This document shows positions 20,501-34,140 of a stretch of DNA of 64,000 nucleotides, piece by piece. Origin of the DNA: Carpediemonas membranifera BICM. Taxonomy: Eukaryota; Protista; Fornicata. The stretch is from NCBI GenBank assembly GCA_019828565.1, contig JAHDYR010000028.1:62001-126000 (forward strand), written 5' to 3'. How positions within the stretch are numbered: position 1 is the stretch's first letter; each line of letters opens with the position of its first letter. A program made the position numbers and the translations under genes. Below the pieces are notes generated by a model. That model searched no databases. It saw only the letters and a list, made by a program, of their open reading frames with translations, and had not been told where the DNA came from.

Positions 20501-23500
20501 ACCCAATCATGGGTGTTCAGTTCATACTTCCTCGCCTTCAGGATCCTGGTAATCTGGATGTTCGCCCGCTCGACCATCCCGTTACTCTGCGGGTGGTGAG
20601 CTGTCGTGATGTGGGTCGCGAACCCCACCCGCGCGGCTAAGTCTCGCATCACGGCATTCGCGAACTGTGACCCGCCATCCGACTGGACAATCTTGGGGGC
20701 ACCATGGCGCATGATCCAGGTGTTTGTGAACACTCTGGCCGCCTCGTCAGCCCTGAGAGACTCTAGTGGGGCTAGCTCCGTCCAGCGGCTGCACATATCA
20801 ACCATAACCAGCAGGTATTTGAAGCCCTTGCACTCGGTTACTGTCATGGTATCAATGGCTACTCGCTCAAACGGTCGCGACCCAGCAGTATAGAACCCCG
20901 GCTCGCCACTGTCTCTCGCCCGGGACAGGAGTTGACACACCGGGCATGTCGCGACGACCTTCGTGACTGCAGCGACCGAGACCTTGAGACCCTGTGACTT
21001 CAGAGCATTGACTGTCGCGTTCTGTGATAGGTGGGCCTTGCCCGACAGGTGGACTCGGCGGATGTCCTCCTCGGACGCAACCTCACCAACACTAGCGTGA
21101 TAACACCGTGAGAGGCCGTCAGCAGCCTCATTATCTACCCCCGCCACGTGCTCAATCGTGAAGTTGAGGTCAGATATCGCGTCGAACCACCGCTGTACCT
21201 TCGCGTTAACGGACTTATGCATGAAGGTCAGGTTACGGTGGTCCGTTCTCAACACGAACGGTGCCCAGACCAGGAGGCGGCGCCACTTCTTAAGGGCGCA
21301 CACTATAGCGAACGCCTCCTTTTCAGTCGTGGACCAGCGCTTCTCAGCGCCGTGAAGGGCCTTTGACATGTACGCGACAGGGTGGTCGACCCCGTCGTCA
21401 CACGTCTGCCACAGTACAGCTCCTATGCCAACATCTGAGGCGTCTGTCATGATATATGTCGGCCGTGTCGGGTCATAATGGACAAGAGTGGGCTCCCCGA
21501 CATAGAGCGTCCTTCACTGACTCCAGCGCTTCTTGTTGACCCGCGCCGCCGAGAGGGGCCTTGCTCGATGCCGCCTCAGTGAGTGGATGGACCAGCGACG
21601 CGTAACCTGGAACGAACTGCCGCATGTATTTGATGAATCCCAGGAGGGCTTGCATGCCCTTGACTGACTTGGGGATCTTCAACGCACGAACGTCTTCTAA
21701 CCGGTCGGGCGCAATCCGGTAGCCACTGCCCGACACGATCCAGCCCAGGAACTCGACCTCACTTGCCCCGAACTGGCATTTGTCGCGGTTGAGTACGAGT
21801 TTGAGCTTATCACAGCGCTTCAGGACCGCGAAGAGGTTCCGCAAGTACTCCCGCTCGGACCTTCCGTACACAATGATATCATCTACGTAAATGATGCACG
21901 CGTGACTCTCCAACAAGTCCGCGAACGCGAGTTCCATCGCCGCTTGGAAGTGCGCACCGGCGTTCTTCAGCCCGAAGGGCATACCGGTGTACTGGTACTT
22001 GCCCAACGGCGTCGAGAATGCGGTCAGGTGCTTACTCCGCTCAGACATGCGTATTTGATGGTAACCCGCAGAGAGGTCCAGTGTCGCGAAGATCTTGGCT
22101 CCAGACAGCCTCGCTAGGCAATCCTCGATCTTCGGGATAGGATAGGGATACGGCTCGGTTTTCTTATTGAGCTCCCGGTAATCCACAACCATCCGTGTCC
22201 CATCCCCCTTCGGCACCAGAAGGGCGGGTGCCGAATAGCCTGACGACGACGACTCCACGTATCCCTTGCCCAGGAGTTTGTCCACGTGCTCCTGATACTC
22301 GCCCTCTCTGGCGCGGGGCATGAAGTCGCTCCTGACGTTGACGACTCGGTCGTCGGTCAGTGTCAAATCGTACGGCTCGAGCTCGCTATGGGCAGAGCGC
22401 TGCTCAAATACATGGCTAAACGCGTCGACCATCCGCGTCTGCAAGCCTAGCTCCTTTGGCGACATGTTGTACAAGGCCAGTGTTGCCTTAGTGTACTCCG
22501 GCGGTTCGGCCGGGTCGCGCGTGTCGTCAGTCTCTTGATCCTTTGATAGATCAGGCATCACACCGAGCTCGACCATGGTCGGGTAACCTAAGACGATGTC
22601 GAATTCGGTGGTTAGCTCGTAAGCAACGATGCGGGTCTTACAACCCTTGGGTGTGATGGGCGAGTCCTTCAGGAAGATGTCGAAAGTGTACTTGCGCTTC
22701 GACAGGACTATACCCGCTGGAGTGTTGACTGGTATCGGTACGATCAACTCCTCAGCCTTAAGACGCCACGATCTGGCCGTTCTCGGGCTGATGAAGTCAG
22801 CTTCTGCCCCGCAGTCTAGAAGCACATCGTCAGTCTTGTGCGTGTACACGGACGCCTTGACTACAGGCAAGTTGCGACGCCGACTGGTAAGCGCCGCGGA
22901 GAAACAAGAAAGACAGGTCGAAGACTTTACAGAAGATCTGCAAAATCTTGCCAGGTGACCCATCTTGCCGCAGGTGTGGCACTTATTTTTCTCCTTGGGG
23001 CAGTCGGCAGAGCGGTGGCCGGTCCTGCCGCAGTTCCAGCACTCCGCCTTGCCCTGGCCGGGACGTGGCTCGGGCTTTCCCGCCTTGCTCTTGCCAACCG
23101 TAGGCTTGGGATGTCTCAGCTCACGGTGAGGGTTTCCGGCGTCTGTGTTGGTCCGCTTGACTGGACGGAGATCAGCGTAGGGAGCCACGAGGTCTAGAGC
23201 TTGGTTAATCTTCTTCGAGACGCTAAGAGCGATCTCAAATGTCTTTTCCAGACCCTTGTTCTCACTGGCGTCAATCGCGTGTTGAAGGGAGCGCTCGCGG
23301 ATACCGCGCAGGAAGCACTGGCGGACGGCTCTGGCTGACGTTGACGTCAGGCCTAGGACGGCGTAACGGCGTTTGAACTTGTCCACGTAGGCGGCAACGT
23401 CTTGGAATCGGGATGAGGCAGCGTTGAACTTCAAGTAACGCATAGCTACCTCATCGTCATCTGGTCGCACGCACTGGATAAGCTTGGCCACGACCTCGCG

Positions 23501-23737
23501 GTCTTGGTCCTCCAGACGCAACTCTTCCCGGGTGTAGGCGTTGAAGGCTTCGCCAGCCTGCTGTCCGATAAGTAGTGGTACAGGACCGAGCATCCTGTGG
23601 GCTCTGCGCTTGCCCCCTTGCAGACGATACATCTGAAGGGCCTCGGCGAACGCGAAAACTTCGGCAACTGTCATACCTAACAGAGTCGGTGGACTCAAAT
23701 CGGATTTCTCGACCATTAAGGAAGGAATTAACGTTAA

Positions 23738-23815
23738 TGCTGTCCCTAGAAGAGAACTGTTTAAATGAACTAATCAACCTCCGTTGACTTGACTATTATT
23801 GACTTGATCACATCA
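23738..23815 (-). repeat. 5' LTR of element B (78 bp, TG...CA)
   Basis: Near-identical to the solo LTR at 24857-24934. Confidence 0.9.
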
Positions 23816-24457
23816 GAGGAATGCTTGATGTGCCGCGTATGGATGAGTTGAAGAAAAACTGATGACTTACAGGGAAAGTTCATGGGAATTCACATCATGT
23901 GGCTCAGTTTTAGACACATTGGAGGTAAATCGGGTTTTAAGATCGTTTTTCGTTTGCTTGACAAAGTTTTGAGGGTTTTCTCGAGCATATTCGAGGCCGC
24001 ATGCAGACGAGCAGTGCTTTGATACAGTACAAATGTTGTTATGCAACGTGGATGCTCTCAGTTGCTTGCGGCCTTCGCTGTTGGCGAGTAAAAGCAAACT
24101 TTTTTCAGAGCAATTCCCAAAAAGCGCATCTTTACGCACCCAGGAGTTTTTATCTCGGCATATTGGACCCATGGGAGAGGTACGGCTGACTATTCCGACC
24201 CCAGATGAACCTTCAGTCAGTTTTTCAACAAGATTGACTGTGTGATGACACAGACTTCGCGAGTGAAGACCTTCATCGCGTTGTACGGATGCTTAAACAA
24301 TGCCTTGCGCAAGTACAAGGCGTAATACGCAGTAGTTTAATTGTTTGGGCACGTTCAATTTTTCTTGCAATCCGTTTTTTTACATGTATTCCGGGACTTA
24401 TTCTGGGACTTTAAGTCCCGGTTAGAGTACCGGAAAACGCAGCATGGTGGTAGGGTC

Positions 24458-24856
24458 TGATGTATGTGTGGTAGTTGGCCCAGAACTCCCTCACACGGGA
24501 CGGGGAGCACTCACGCCACAGCTTGTCGCCAAGCTTGAAGCTGTTGTGGTCTCCGAGAGATATTTACTAGTCGACACAAGGGTGTCGTCTTTATTAAACA
24601 CTTGAACTTTTGCCTTCTAGACAACAGTAATATTACTTCCCCTAATGGCAAGAACTTCAACAGAGACGCATATCATGAAGGAAGCAACGTTCGCCGCTTT
24701 TGAACGGTTTGTGAGCGACTTCCGTGACTACGTACTAAGAGGCGGGAAGAAGAGGATGAGTAAGCTCATTGACACGGAGCTGATTACCTTCTTCACGCAG
24801 GTAGCGGGTGTAGAGAGTCTTGAGGACGGCTTCACTCAACGCCACCATGGTCGAGC
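24458..24856 (+). mobile_element. Gypsy element D 5' end: LTR (~24458-24626) plus start of gag (24645)
   Basis: TGATGT...TTCTAGACAACA, palindrome, then ATG; the gag N-terminus resembles B (Y.L.GGK.R). Confidence 0.7.
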
Positions 24857-24934
24857 TGATGTGATCAAGTCAATAATAGTCAAGTCAACGGAGGATGATT
24901 AGTTCATTTAAATAGTTCTCTTCTAGGGACAACA
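24857..24934 (+). mobile_element. Solo LTR of family B with 4-bp TSD GAGC
   Basis: 78-bp copy of the B LTR with GAGC on both sides. Confidence 0.88.
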
Positions 24935-24949
24935 GAGCTTGATGATTTA

Positions 24950-25189
24950 CTGGACCGTGCGTCCATCGTACCCGACCTCTTGGCTGGCGTACGACCCCCT
25001 CGCCCTCAGCCTGCCGAACGTCAGGCTGCCCCTGTTGCCCCAGTAGCACCGGCCGCCCAGCCACGTCCTCGTGCCGTCAAGCGCGATCCCGCCAGCATCC
25101 ATTGTTTTGGGTGCGGCCAGGCTGGCCATCGGCGCAAAGTATGTCCCAACCGGGGCCAACCCGGTTTCCTCGATGTTGCTTGGTGCTAG
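24950..25189 (+). pseudogene. CCHC zinc-knuckle ORF fragment (gag remnant or antisense ORF end)
   Basis: CFGCGQAGHRRKVCP. Confidence 0.55.
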
Positions 25190-25227
25190 TTCGGAGAAGA
25201 AGAACGGAAGCGATTTTAAAAGGCTAA

Positions 25228-26682
25228 TCAACTGATTATGGGGCCACAACATCCCGCTTCTCCCACGACCGGGCGCAGCCCGTGGGCATCGATGTAATCT
25301 TCGGCAGGTATGCTGCCCCATAGATCCTCGTCATAGCACTGCCAGGTGTCCTCGTCGGGTTCGTAGCCGCGCCAGCGGATTCGGAATTCGAGAACATCAG
25401 GATCGGACTCGAGAGGGCGGTGCTCAACGATGGACTCGACTACATAGAGGTCATCTGCGTCCATGGAGGCAATCATGGCCAGCTCTGTGTCATCGGCCGT
25501 GGTGGCGAATTGGCGAAGGCGCCTTAAGTGGACGGTAACGGGATTCTGCTCATCAACGATGCTGACGATCGTGTACACGTTGTTGGCGTGACATTGAGAC
25601 ATTGAGACCTTGAACGGTCCGCGATAGTTTGGGGCGAGCTTGAGGGTCGGCACCTGCTGGTAGGCCAGCTCGTCGCACTGACACTTATTGGCGGCCATCC
25701 TGATCTGCTTCAGCCTGGACCTCAGGTCGTTGACGTAGTCGTCCGAGGCGTCACCGGGCCATTCGTCCTCGTCAAGCAGGCGTGGAAGAAGGCTGACTCG
25801 CGGCTTGAGGTGATCGCCGTGTAGGAGAGAGTAAGGCGTGCAGCCGATCGAACGGTGATAGGCGGTGTTGATCAGGAACTGGACTAGGGGGAGCACGCGG
25901 GGCCAGTCCTCCCTCTCACCAAGAGTGGCCATGAGGGTGCGAAGGTGAGACTTGACTTTGCCATTGGCTCTCTCGACTATGCCGTTCTGGTTTGGGACGT
26001 ACAGCGCAATGGTCGTATGAGTGACCTTAAGAGCGTGGCAGAGGCTGCTGATGACCTCGTTCACGTACTGCGATCCATTATCAGAGTGTATGAGGTACGG
26101 CAGACCGTGACGGGAATACACACTCGATATGAGGGCATCTGCGGCCTCGACGGCGGTTGTGGACGAGCAAGGGATGAGCTCTGTCCATCGTGTGAAATTG
26201 TCGACGATTACGATCACGTGTCGGGTGTCGCCGGCAGAGGGGAGGGGCCCTATGCTATCGATCGAGATCGAGTGGAAAGGCGTGTCGGCGTACAGGTGGC
26301 CGAGGTTGTGTGACACCTTGAGCTTGAGGCGGTACTTGAGACACACTGGACAGCTCTGCACGAACTTCCTGACGTCGCCCTTCATGGCAGTCCAGCTGTG
26401 ACCGGCGTCGGTGAGCTTGCGAGTTGTGGCCTCGACCCCGAAGTGACCACTGAGGGAATTCCCATGCACTGAGGCGATGTGCTCCTCGTGGGACTGGCCC
26501 TGAGCAGGGGCGGCGGTCAGACATAGGTCAGCCTGCATGGCGCGGGACAAGCCGTCGGCGATGCCATTCGCCGGGCCGGGGATGTACTCAACCTCGAACA
26601 TGAACTCGGAGAGCCTATGCTTCCAGCGCTCGACCTTGGCAGAAGAGGACTCCACCAGGAACGTCAGGTTCTTGTGATCCAC
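25228..26682 (-). pseudogene. Gypsy pol fragment: RNase H end, integrase, chromodomain
   Basis: DHKNL, ADGLSR, GHFG, CPVC, DNGSQY, NGIVER, FRIRWRGYEPDEDTW. Confidence 0.9.
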
Positions 26683-27425
26683 CTGAGCTACGAAGGTGTG
26701 GCCCTAGCGGAGTCGGTCTCGAACTTCTCCGCCGCAGAGAGCTCCACAGACTTCATATCCGATCTGATTGAGGAGGTCTCATCGATTGACGACTCGGCAA
26801 AGAAGGTGGGGGTAGACGCCTGGAGCTTCATACCGAAGCGCCGCCCTCAGCCAGACCGCGCCCCACCTACCTCACAGTCGGGCTCAGCCACAAAGATGCC
26901 CGAGCAGGCCACCTTCGAAAGGCAGTCCAGCAAGACCACCCATACGTCCAAGGACGACTCCGAGGCAAGCCGCAAGCCCGACCGAGCCAAGGTGCCTGAC
27001 AAGTGGCACGACCCCGCCAAGCCCCCCTTCCCAGGCATGACCTGGTGCCCCAACCACGGCCGATGGGGGTCTCACCAGCCTGAGCAATGTAACTTAGGTG
27101 TTAGGGGTCTGGGAAGCCGGAGCCTGAAGGGCGCACTCGGAGCGGAAAGCTCTTCTCGAGAGGCGGCAACGCTGCGCTTGGCACCCCATGAGATGACGGC
27201 ATGGAGCCAGCCCTCTTTACGACGTCCGCCCGCACTGAGGTGGTGGAGGGCGAGCTCCTCGCAGACTCGGGCTCCACTGTGAGCTACATCTCCCAAGCCG
27301 AGTATGAGCGACTCATCGCAATCATGGCCATACCCACCCGCGTGTCAACCCATGTCATGCAGACCGCCACGCACCAGGAGACTCTGGCCATATTCGACAT
27401 CACGCTGACGGTGGGAGCCGACAGA
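26683..27425 (+). pseudogene. Gypsy gag/protease fragment
   Basis: WCPNHGRWGSHQPEQC knuckle; LLADSGSTVSYIS. Confidence 0.65.
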
Positions 27426-27489
27426 CCTGTCCCTGAGGGCACTCCGGCTTCCGCCGATGAATCGGGTGCGGGCGACGCTTCAGACCCGA

Positions 27490-28495
27490 AGCCCGATCTG
27501 AACGAGATGGTCTCTCGTGCTCGTGTCGGGTGTGAGCTGCCTCAGCCTTGACGCTGCAGCCGAACTAAAGGCTCTCAGCCAAGGCAAGCTGTCCCAATAC
27601 GGTCATTTGACCGTATCCGAGCGTTCACATCACGCCATACGGGACCTGACGCGTGACGGACTTGTTTTGCTTTCGATCAGCTGTTGGCTGAAGGGCATTC
27701 AGGTTACCATGTCTCAACGCTCGTGCGAACCGACAGATCAAGAGATCGGTGTGGCCTACCTCGGCCGTCTAGACAGCAATCATCTTGTCCTCTGCCCCGC
27801 CTCAGGACATCATCTGCCGGACCTCCCAGCTCGGGAGCACCACGATGCGCCCACACCTCGAGCGGGTTGTCATGCTGGGGCATGATCCGGACACTTACCA
27901 GTTGTTGCTGGTGGGTCACGGACAGGGCATTCTGTCAGATGAAGAGGCTCGAGCCTTTGCTCGTCAATACGTCCTCAAAATCCGGGAGCGACGGACAGAT
28001 ACTGTTTTTGGGCACTTCTCCGTTTCGATCCTCGAGGACTTTTGCTTCTGGCGGTGTGCCGCGCCCAACAGCTCTCCGGGCTATTCTCCCGGTGCTATGC
28101 GTGCCCTCCACCTCTTAGTGGACATCAACCGCCCGAGTGGGGCATGCGTCCCAGCTCGCGGGGCTATCGTCTTGACGGGAACAGGCTCCGCCTACTCATG
28201 ACTTATGAGCTCAGCAACGGTGAGGAGTCTCATGCTTGTATCGTGCGGCCGACGGAACGTACGGCTGGCCTTTCTGTCAAGCCATTTTTGACGCCCATCC
28301 CGAGTTGCTCGACCACTGCGTCCGTGACGTGGGCCCGTATGGAGAGAGAATCGGTGCTGCTGTCGTGTAAGACTTAATCAATAAACGATCGGTATAAACT
28401 TTTTGCTGGACAAGGCTGGCCATTTACGGCTTGACCTGCCCTATATACATCCTCTCAGCCAGCTTGTTCTTGATGTAATCTGACACGGCTACCAT
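27490..28495 (+). pseudogene. Second, frameshifted copy of the family-B antisense ORF plus chromodomain tail
   Basis: YGHLTVSERSHHAIRDLTRDGLVLL, MRPHLER..MLGHDP, FWRC..PGYSPG; 28416-28493 matches 17288-17366. Confidence 0.85.
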
Positions 28496-28990
28496 GCCGA
28501 GGCCCCACGCTTCCGGCTAACGGCCAGCGCCCTCAGGGCCACAGCCTCCCCAGACCTCAGGGTCAGCGCCCTTCGGGCCAGCAGGCTCCTCAGCCTCTTA
28601 CCAGACCCTGCAAGTTTTGCCAGGGCTGGCACAAAGATTATCGCTGTCCCCAGCATCCCAAGTTCTCCATCGAAGAGCGCCCAGGCTCAAGCCAACGCAG
28701 CTCAGACTACCTCTACCAGTCCCATGACGACCACGGCAACTATAAATGGCCGTGAGTATTCTTTTACTGTTGACACTGGGGCGAGTATATGCTTTATGAG
28801 CCAGAAGGCGGTACTGGATCACGGTGACGCTAGGGGACAATCACAAGGTCCGAACGAACCAAGTAGCTACGGTCACTTTCCGTCTGGAACGGCTCGGTCC
28901 AGTGCCCATTATGACGACCTGGAAGTTCTATGTACTTCCGGGAGAAGCCTTCAAGGTTCTTTTGGGCTGTGACCTACTGTGACTGCAACT
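28496..28990 (+). pseudogene. Gypsy gag-end/protease fragment
   Basis: FTVDTGASICFMS; upstream CKFC...H-like knuckle. Confidence 0.6.
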
Positions 28991-29430
28991 TCAACCTCGA
29001 AAAGCTAGGCTCAGAGGACGAATCAGACTGGGCTCATTCACTCACAAGTACTTCGACGAGGATTTGAACTCCTTCTTCTTTTCGGCTTGGCTTCTTTCCT
29101 TCTTGTTCCTGCCCTCTGCCTTTTTCGGGCTGGGCGACTCTGCCCAAAACTGCGGGGTTGCCAGAAGAGAATCTGCCTCCAGCATCTTCGCGACCTCGAC
29201 AAGTTGCATGTCTTTTGCATGGTGTGGGCCTTGGGGCAGGTTCCCGTGATCCTTAGGAGGTGCGAGACCGCCTGCTCGTAAACGCATGTTCTTCGGGAAC
29301 CATCGCGACGATGGCCTGGAGCAGCCGGGAAGCGGATCCGGCTGCTTATTCGTGGGTTTGTGTCCACTGGTGCCCCTGGCCAATAGCTCCAATTAAAAGC
29401 TTTATACTGCGCAACAACTTTCATTTAGAG

Positions 29431-30947
29431 TCACATGGAGTCGATCTCGCTGCGCCGCTGGATGCCCTGGGACGGCAGCAGCTCGATGTCCAAGCTGGTA
29501 CACATATGGCCCGCCTCATCCAGCACGGCATCGACGTCGAACATGCCCCGGGGGCCGTACGGCGAGATGGCTCCGGCCCCCCCATCTCTGGTGTACTTTG
29601 CGGCGAACGCGAGGCCGGGGATCATTGAGAGAGCAGCGTCACGGCAGTCGGCACAGGCAGCGACGATGTGGTACACAGTAGCGCCCTTGGGGCAGACGTT
29701 GGTGCGGCTATCAAGCTGCAGGCACCAGGCAAGGCCCGCAGGCGTCATCATGGCGTGTACGAGCTTGGCAGCCCCATCAGGGGACTCTGCCATGACGAAC
29801 CCGATCCCGTGGTACGTCTCGTCGTACCGTGCTGTGTCGGCCGAAGTCGTGTCGGCGATTAAGGCGTCCGCAGTGACATGGAAGGAGACGTCGCCCGCGG
29901 AGACCCGGTAGGCATCCCCGTCGGGGTCGAGCTTGCCCTTAAGGACGTACACCCCCCCGCTGATGGCGGCCACCCGACACAGCGCCTGGATCAGCTCGCC
30001 CGACCCGTACAGCGGCACGACGAAGGGGGAAGTCACCCCGCGGCCCCCCTTGGCCAGTGTGTATCGCCCCATGGCCGCGGCGTACCGGGTGAGGGAGGCC
30101 ATGCCCTCGTCCAGCGGTATCGCGGCGGGCATGGCGTCTGTGAGCAGCATCCCGTGGACGATGACGGCGTGGGCCAGCTTTGTGTCGAGCGAGTAGTGGT
30201 CGAAGAGGTCCTGCATCGTCTCCAGTGCGCCAGATCCGATCAGATCAGCCAGCGGGGATTTGATCGTGTCGAGCTCCCCCGCCATGGCTGTCTCCGGCCT
30301 TGGCGCCACGCCGAAGAGCTCAGGCGCGGTTAGACGGATGTGTGTTGAGAAGTCGGACTGGAACTGCTGCAGCCGCTTGATCGCCTGAAGCCGCTGAAGC
30401 ATCGGAACGCTACTGGACCCGAGCGCCGCGGACAGCTGGTTAAACCGCGTGGTCAGGTCCCCGATGCCCTTTATGCCGAGGGGGAGGGCCACGGGGTTGT
30501 GCCCGGTGGTCCAGACGGTCTGGGCATCGGGGAGTGTGAACTCTACGTACCGGTCCAGCGCGCAGCTCACGATGTGCTCTAAGAAGCGGCCACGCGCGTA
30601 GTACACTCGCGGAGATAGATCCAAGCAGTATCTTCTGGCCTTGGTTGGGTTGATGTGCTCATTGTAAGCCTCTTGGTCGTGGACAGTGATGGAGAAGTCA
30701 CGGATCGCTGGGTGGGGCGTGGTCCCATGTTCGGCAAAGGATACGAGTGTTTCTAGGTCTATATTCGCGTCTTGGCCACCGTAATACTCGTTCTGGTCGA
30801 TATGAAGGATTTTCTTGCCTGAAAGAGCTAATGAGCTGCGTGAGAGCGGGATACGCGGACAAACGCTGCTACAATGGATTGCGTGAGATTAGTTCCTACC
30901 AATATAGCATCGAAATGCTCTGGCTCCTTCTTGGATTCTTCATTCAT
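29431..30947 (-). CDS. Rab escort protein (REP/CHM/Mrs6, GDI family); 29-nt intron 30836-30864
   Basis: FDAILVGT, HIDQNEYYGG, DLSPR, RYVEF, SPFVVPLYGSGELIQALCRVAAISGGVYVL; removing a GT..CAG intron restores the frame. Confidence 0.85.
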
Positions 30948-31146
30948 TTGATACGGGCTTCGATGACCAAAGCTGACAAATCAACAACTCGGTGACTCCC
31001 CAGAGCCGGCAGAGGAGAGTACACTCGGCAATGTATGCTATTTACACCCCTCGGCGGCGGGGCTTGAAGTCTGTTGTGCTCGCATCCATGAACTTTATGT
31101 TTTGTTTTGTCAGAATAAACAGTGCAGCAAAAGAAGCACCGGAACC

Positions 31147-32225
31147 ATGGCGGCGGGTCTTATAAACCCTCCAGATACTTGTCTTCGGCCCCGAACAAGC
31201 CTCGATCCAGGTGCCTCAGCAGCCTCAGGCTCGGACACCGAGCTTGACTCAAACGCCGACGAGCCTATCGAGCAGGCCCCAGCACGCCCGGACGGGTGGG
31301 AAAGTGCAGCGCGCCGATACACAGCCCGAATGGCCGAGCTGAACCGAGTGTCCGAGGCGACCACCGCCCTGACTGAGTGGGGCATCACGACAGACCAAGT
31401 CAGCGGCGGAACCCAGGAGCGGAACGGGAAGATCACAGCGGCGGCAACGACCAACGCTGAAGACACGTGCCAGTCAGGACACACTCCCGTCAGGGTCCAA
31501 GACCCTGCTCGCCCGCCTCAGGGACGTCGGCATCGACACAGACGAGCTCCCATCAGAGGCACGCGCGACCTGTGTCCTCATCTACGCGACGAAGTCGAAG
31601 AGCGCACTCAAGGACAACGATCCAGCAGACATCCGGGAGCTCCTCGCATGACTGGCAGGGGGACGAACGAGAAGCAGCGCATGAACGCTACGAAGCAGAG
31701 CGAATGGGCCTACTTCCTCGTGAAAACGTGGGAGAACAAGGCCGACGACCTCCAGCGCGCAGCCACACGCTACCTGGCCGCAGACAGGCGGACAGCAGTC
31801 CCAACAGCCCCGAGGTCGACGGCAGCACCGCCGAGGCCGACCCAGACAGCCCAACGCAGGCAGACTCAGAGGCCGCTGACAATCGGTCGGGACGCGACAG
31901 GGCCCATCGTCAGGCCTGACCTGGCAGGAATGGTCGGTCGCTCATCAATCCCAGGTGAGGCGCAGGCCCTCTTCGCCAACAGACTCGAGAACCTGTGCAA
32001 AAATGCGGTGAACTCACAGGGAGTTGAGCAGCAGAAGGCCATGAAGCAACTCGCCGAGCTCGCCCTGGCCCTGGTGAAGAAGCGAGGCGGCAGGAAACGA
32101 AGGAAGAGGACCGTCTCCGAGCGGCTCAGGGCGGGACTTGACCCGTCACTGCTTCCAGCATAGAGAAACGCCACGGCCACTGCACAGCGCGATGAGTTCA
32201 GCCGCGCAAGACGCAACCTCGAGAC
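31147..32225 (+). pseudogene. N-terminal fragment of a CRE/R2-type ORF
   Basis: Basic KRGGRKRR stretch and an FSRARRNL motif of the kind that precedes RLE-clade RTs. Confidence 0.45.
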
Positions 32226-33699
32226 AGGATACCTGCGAATGTCGTTCCAGGTGCCAATGCGGGAAACTTTCTTAAATTTCTAAAAACGGTGCCGAAAACC
32301 GTGCGATCGGCCCAGCGGCTGAGGAGTAATATTTATTGAATTCTTTATTTTTTATTTATATGAAGCCAGATAAACTAACCGAGAGCCGCTTGTGGCGAGT
32401 GCTATCACCGAGAAGATTCTTGTTTATTTTGCCGATCTTGAGTCTGGCAAGAAGGAGCGCCTCCTTGCCCTCCCCCTGTCGATTACCTTACCTTACCGAG
32501 GAAGGAGCGGTCTTTTTCCACGCACCCGGGTCAGAGGCAAGGCGCTGCGCGACCGTGTTCGTCATCTGGTTGACTCGCATCTTCCTCATCCTCTCCGTGG
32601 TCGATGTGGCGCACGATAGGCACGCGCGATACGCGGGGGCAGGAGAAGGGCCTGGAGTTCCACTGGCGTGGCCGCCTGCTCGTCGCCTGCCGCAGCTGGG
32701 CCGGCCTGGACGGGGGCATCAGCGTCCAGTTCGATGCCAGAGTCAGAGTCAAGCTGGGTCATCTGTGGGCTCGCCGGCCTCGGTGGCAGGGCGCTTGGGC
32801 ACAACGCTACCATCTGCCTCGTCGTCTGAGCTCGTCCTGAAGTCGCCCTCCAGCATGAGCGTCTCGTGGACAGCCGCGCGAGTGAGCTCGTTCTGCCGCA
32901 GCTCGCCCTGGTCAGCCTCACCGTGAAGATCCTCCAGCACATGCGCATCGCGCTCGTAAAGGCAGCGGGCGAGGCGGACGTGATCGATAGCACCGTCCAT
33001 AACGCCAGGAAGGAAGAGCACGTCCGCAAGATAGGCCTGTATGTTCAGCATCTGGGGTCGACGGCCCCCACACGCTGTAAGCGCTGCCACACATGAGAAC
33101 ACGGCTGCCGCAGCAAACGCCATCTGGCCTCAAGACATCACCCGTCACAGCACCCCACTCTGCATCAAGTCCGACATTGGCCCAGAGTACACCGGTAAGA
33201 TCGTCCAGACACTCCAAGAGAACGCTGAGATCACTCAGCAGTACACGCTGCCTTATCATCCGCAGTCAAACACCAGACCGCGAATGCTTCCTCGCTTGAG
33301 GAAGCCCAGGACAGGGATCAGGACATCATCCTCGCCGAAAGGCAAGTCGAGAAGTGCCTCCAGGCAGAGATTAACGCACTCAAGGCGAAGAACAAGACGC
33401 TCAAGACCAAACAGGAGGGTCAGCGGCGTAGAGGTAGAGCGGCCAACAGGCGGGGTGGGAAGCGGCGCTACCGACGGCACCTCGGATTACTGGAATCCCA
33501 GGAAGGGGGTGAGGCAGAGGAGCCAGACTCGGACGCGCCCGTTGAGGAAGCCCGTCCCGCCAACTAGGAGCTCGACTTCACAAAAGTGCAGACCCGAGTG
33601 ACGGACCAAATCCTCACGGCATCCACACTCCACTTCTGCCTGAGGACGAGGACCCCACGCAACCCGACGTCGCATGAGCACGAGATCATCCGGAACACG

Positions 33700-34140
33700 C
33701 ACGGCGTCGCTGGCAATAGGTGGCTTCACCACGCCCCCGAGACACACAATTCTCTAATAAGGAGTACCGTGAAGCGATCTGCGCCCGCTATGCACTAGGC
33801 AACACCCCCGCCGGCACAGCGTGCACCAGGTGCGGCCGCGACTGCTCTAACGAACCGAATCACGGCGTAACGTGCCCCCACCTGGGCGGTTTCAAGTCAC
33901 GCTGCCATGACAGAATCCGTGACATCCTGTCTGAGGCCCTGCGGGCCTCTTCGCGTTTTGACGCGGTCTTCGTGGAGAACCAGGACACCGATGACCCCAC
34001 GGCCGACAATTTCCACGACGTCCAGGTCCAAGAAGGCGCCACCCGCACCGCCATCGACACCCGGCTGGTCGAGAAGGCCAGCCAACACAGGGCCTCTACG
34101 CTCAAGCCACTGATATTCTTTGTCTCATCGTCCGGTTCTC
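33700..34140 (+). pseudogene. CRE/R2-type C-terminal fragment (Zn knuckle + start of RLE), same family as 18006-20500
   Basis: Near-identical to 20280-20495; continues RCHDRIRDIL. Confidence 0.85.

Larger units (their letters stand above)
16091..23815 (-). mobile_element. Ty3/gypsy chromovirus B (78-bp 5' LTR 23738-23815, gag-pol 23716-17297, antisense ORF); integrase interrupted by 18006-20500
   Basis: Gag, CCHC x2, DCG protease, YVDD, RNase H. The integrase rejoins as THDWV|DGLPIAQF when the insert is removed. Chromodomain FLIRWAGY. Confidence 0.9.

Noticed and set aside
24388-24433. GGGACTTTA repeats/palindrome as the partner TIR of the 11005-11045 motif
   Set aside because: Not a reverse complement of that motif; no TSD found.
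32230-33120. DNA transposon end plus transposase fragment
   Set aside because: AT-rich terminus-like stretch but no catalytic motif or partner end recognisable.
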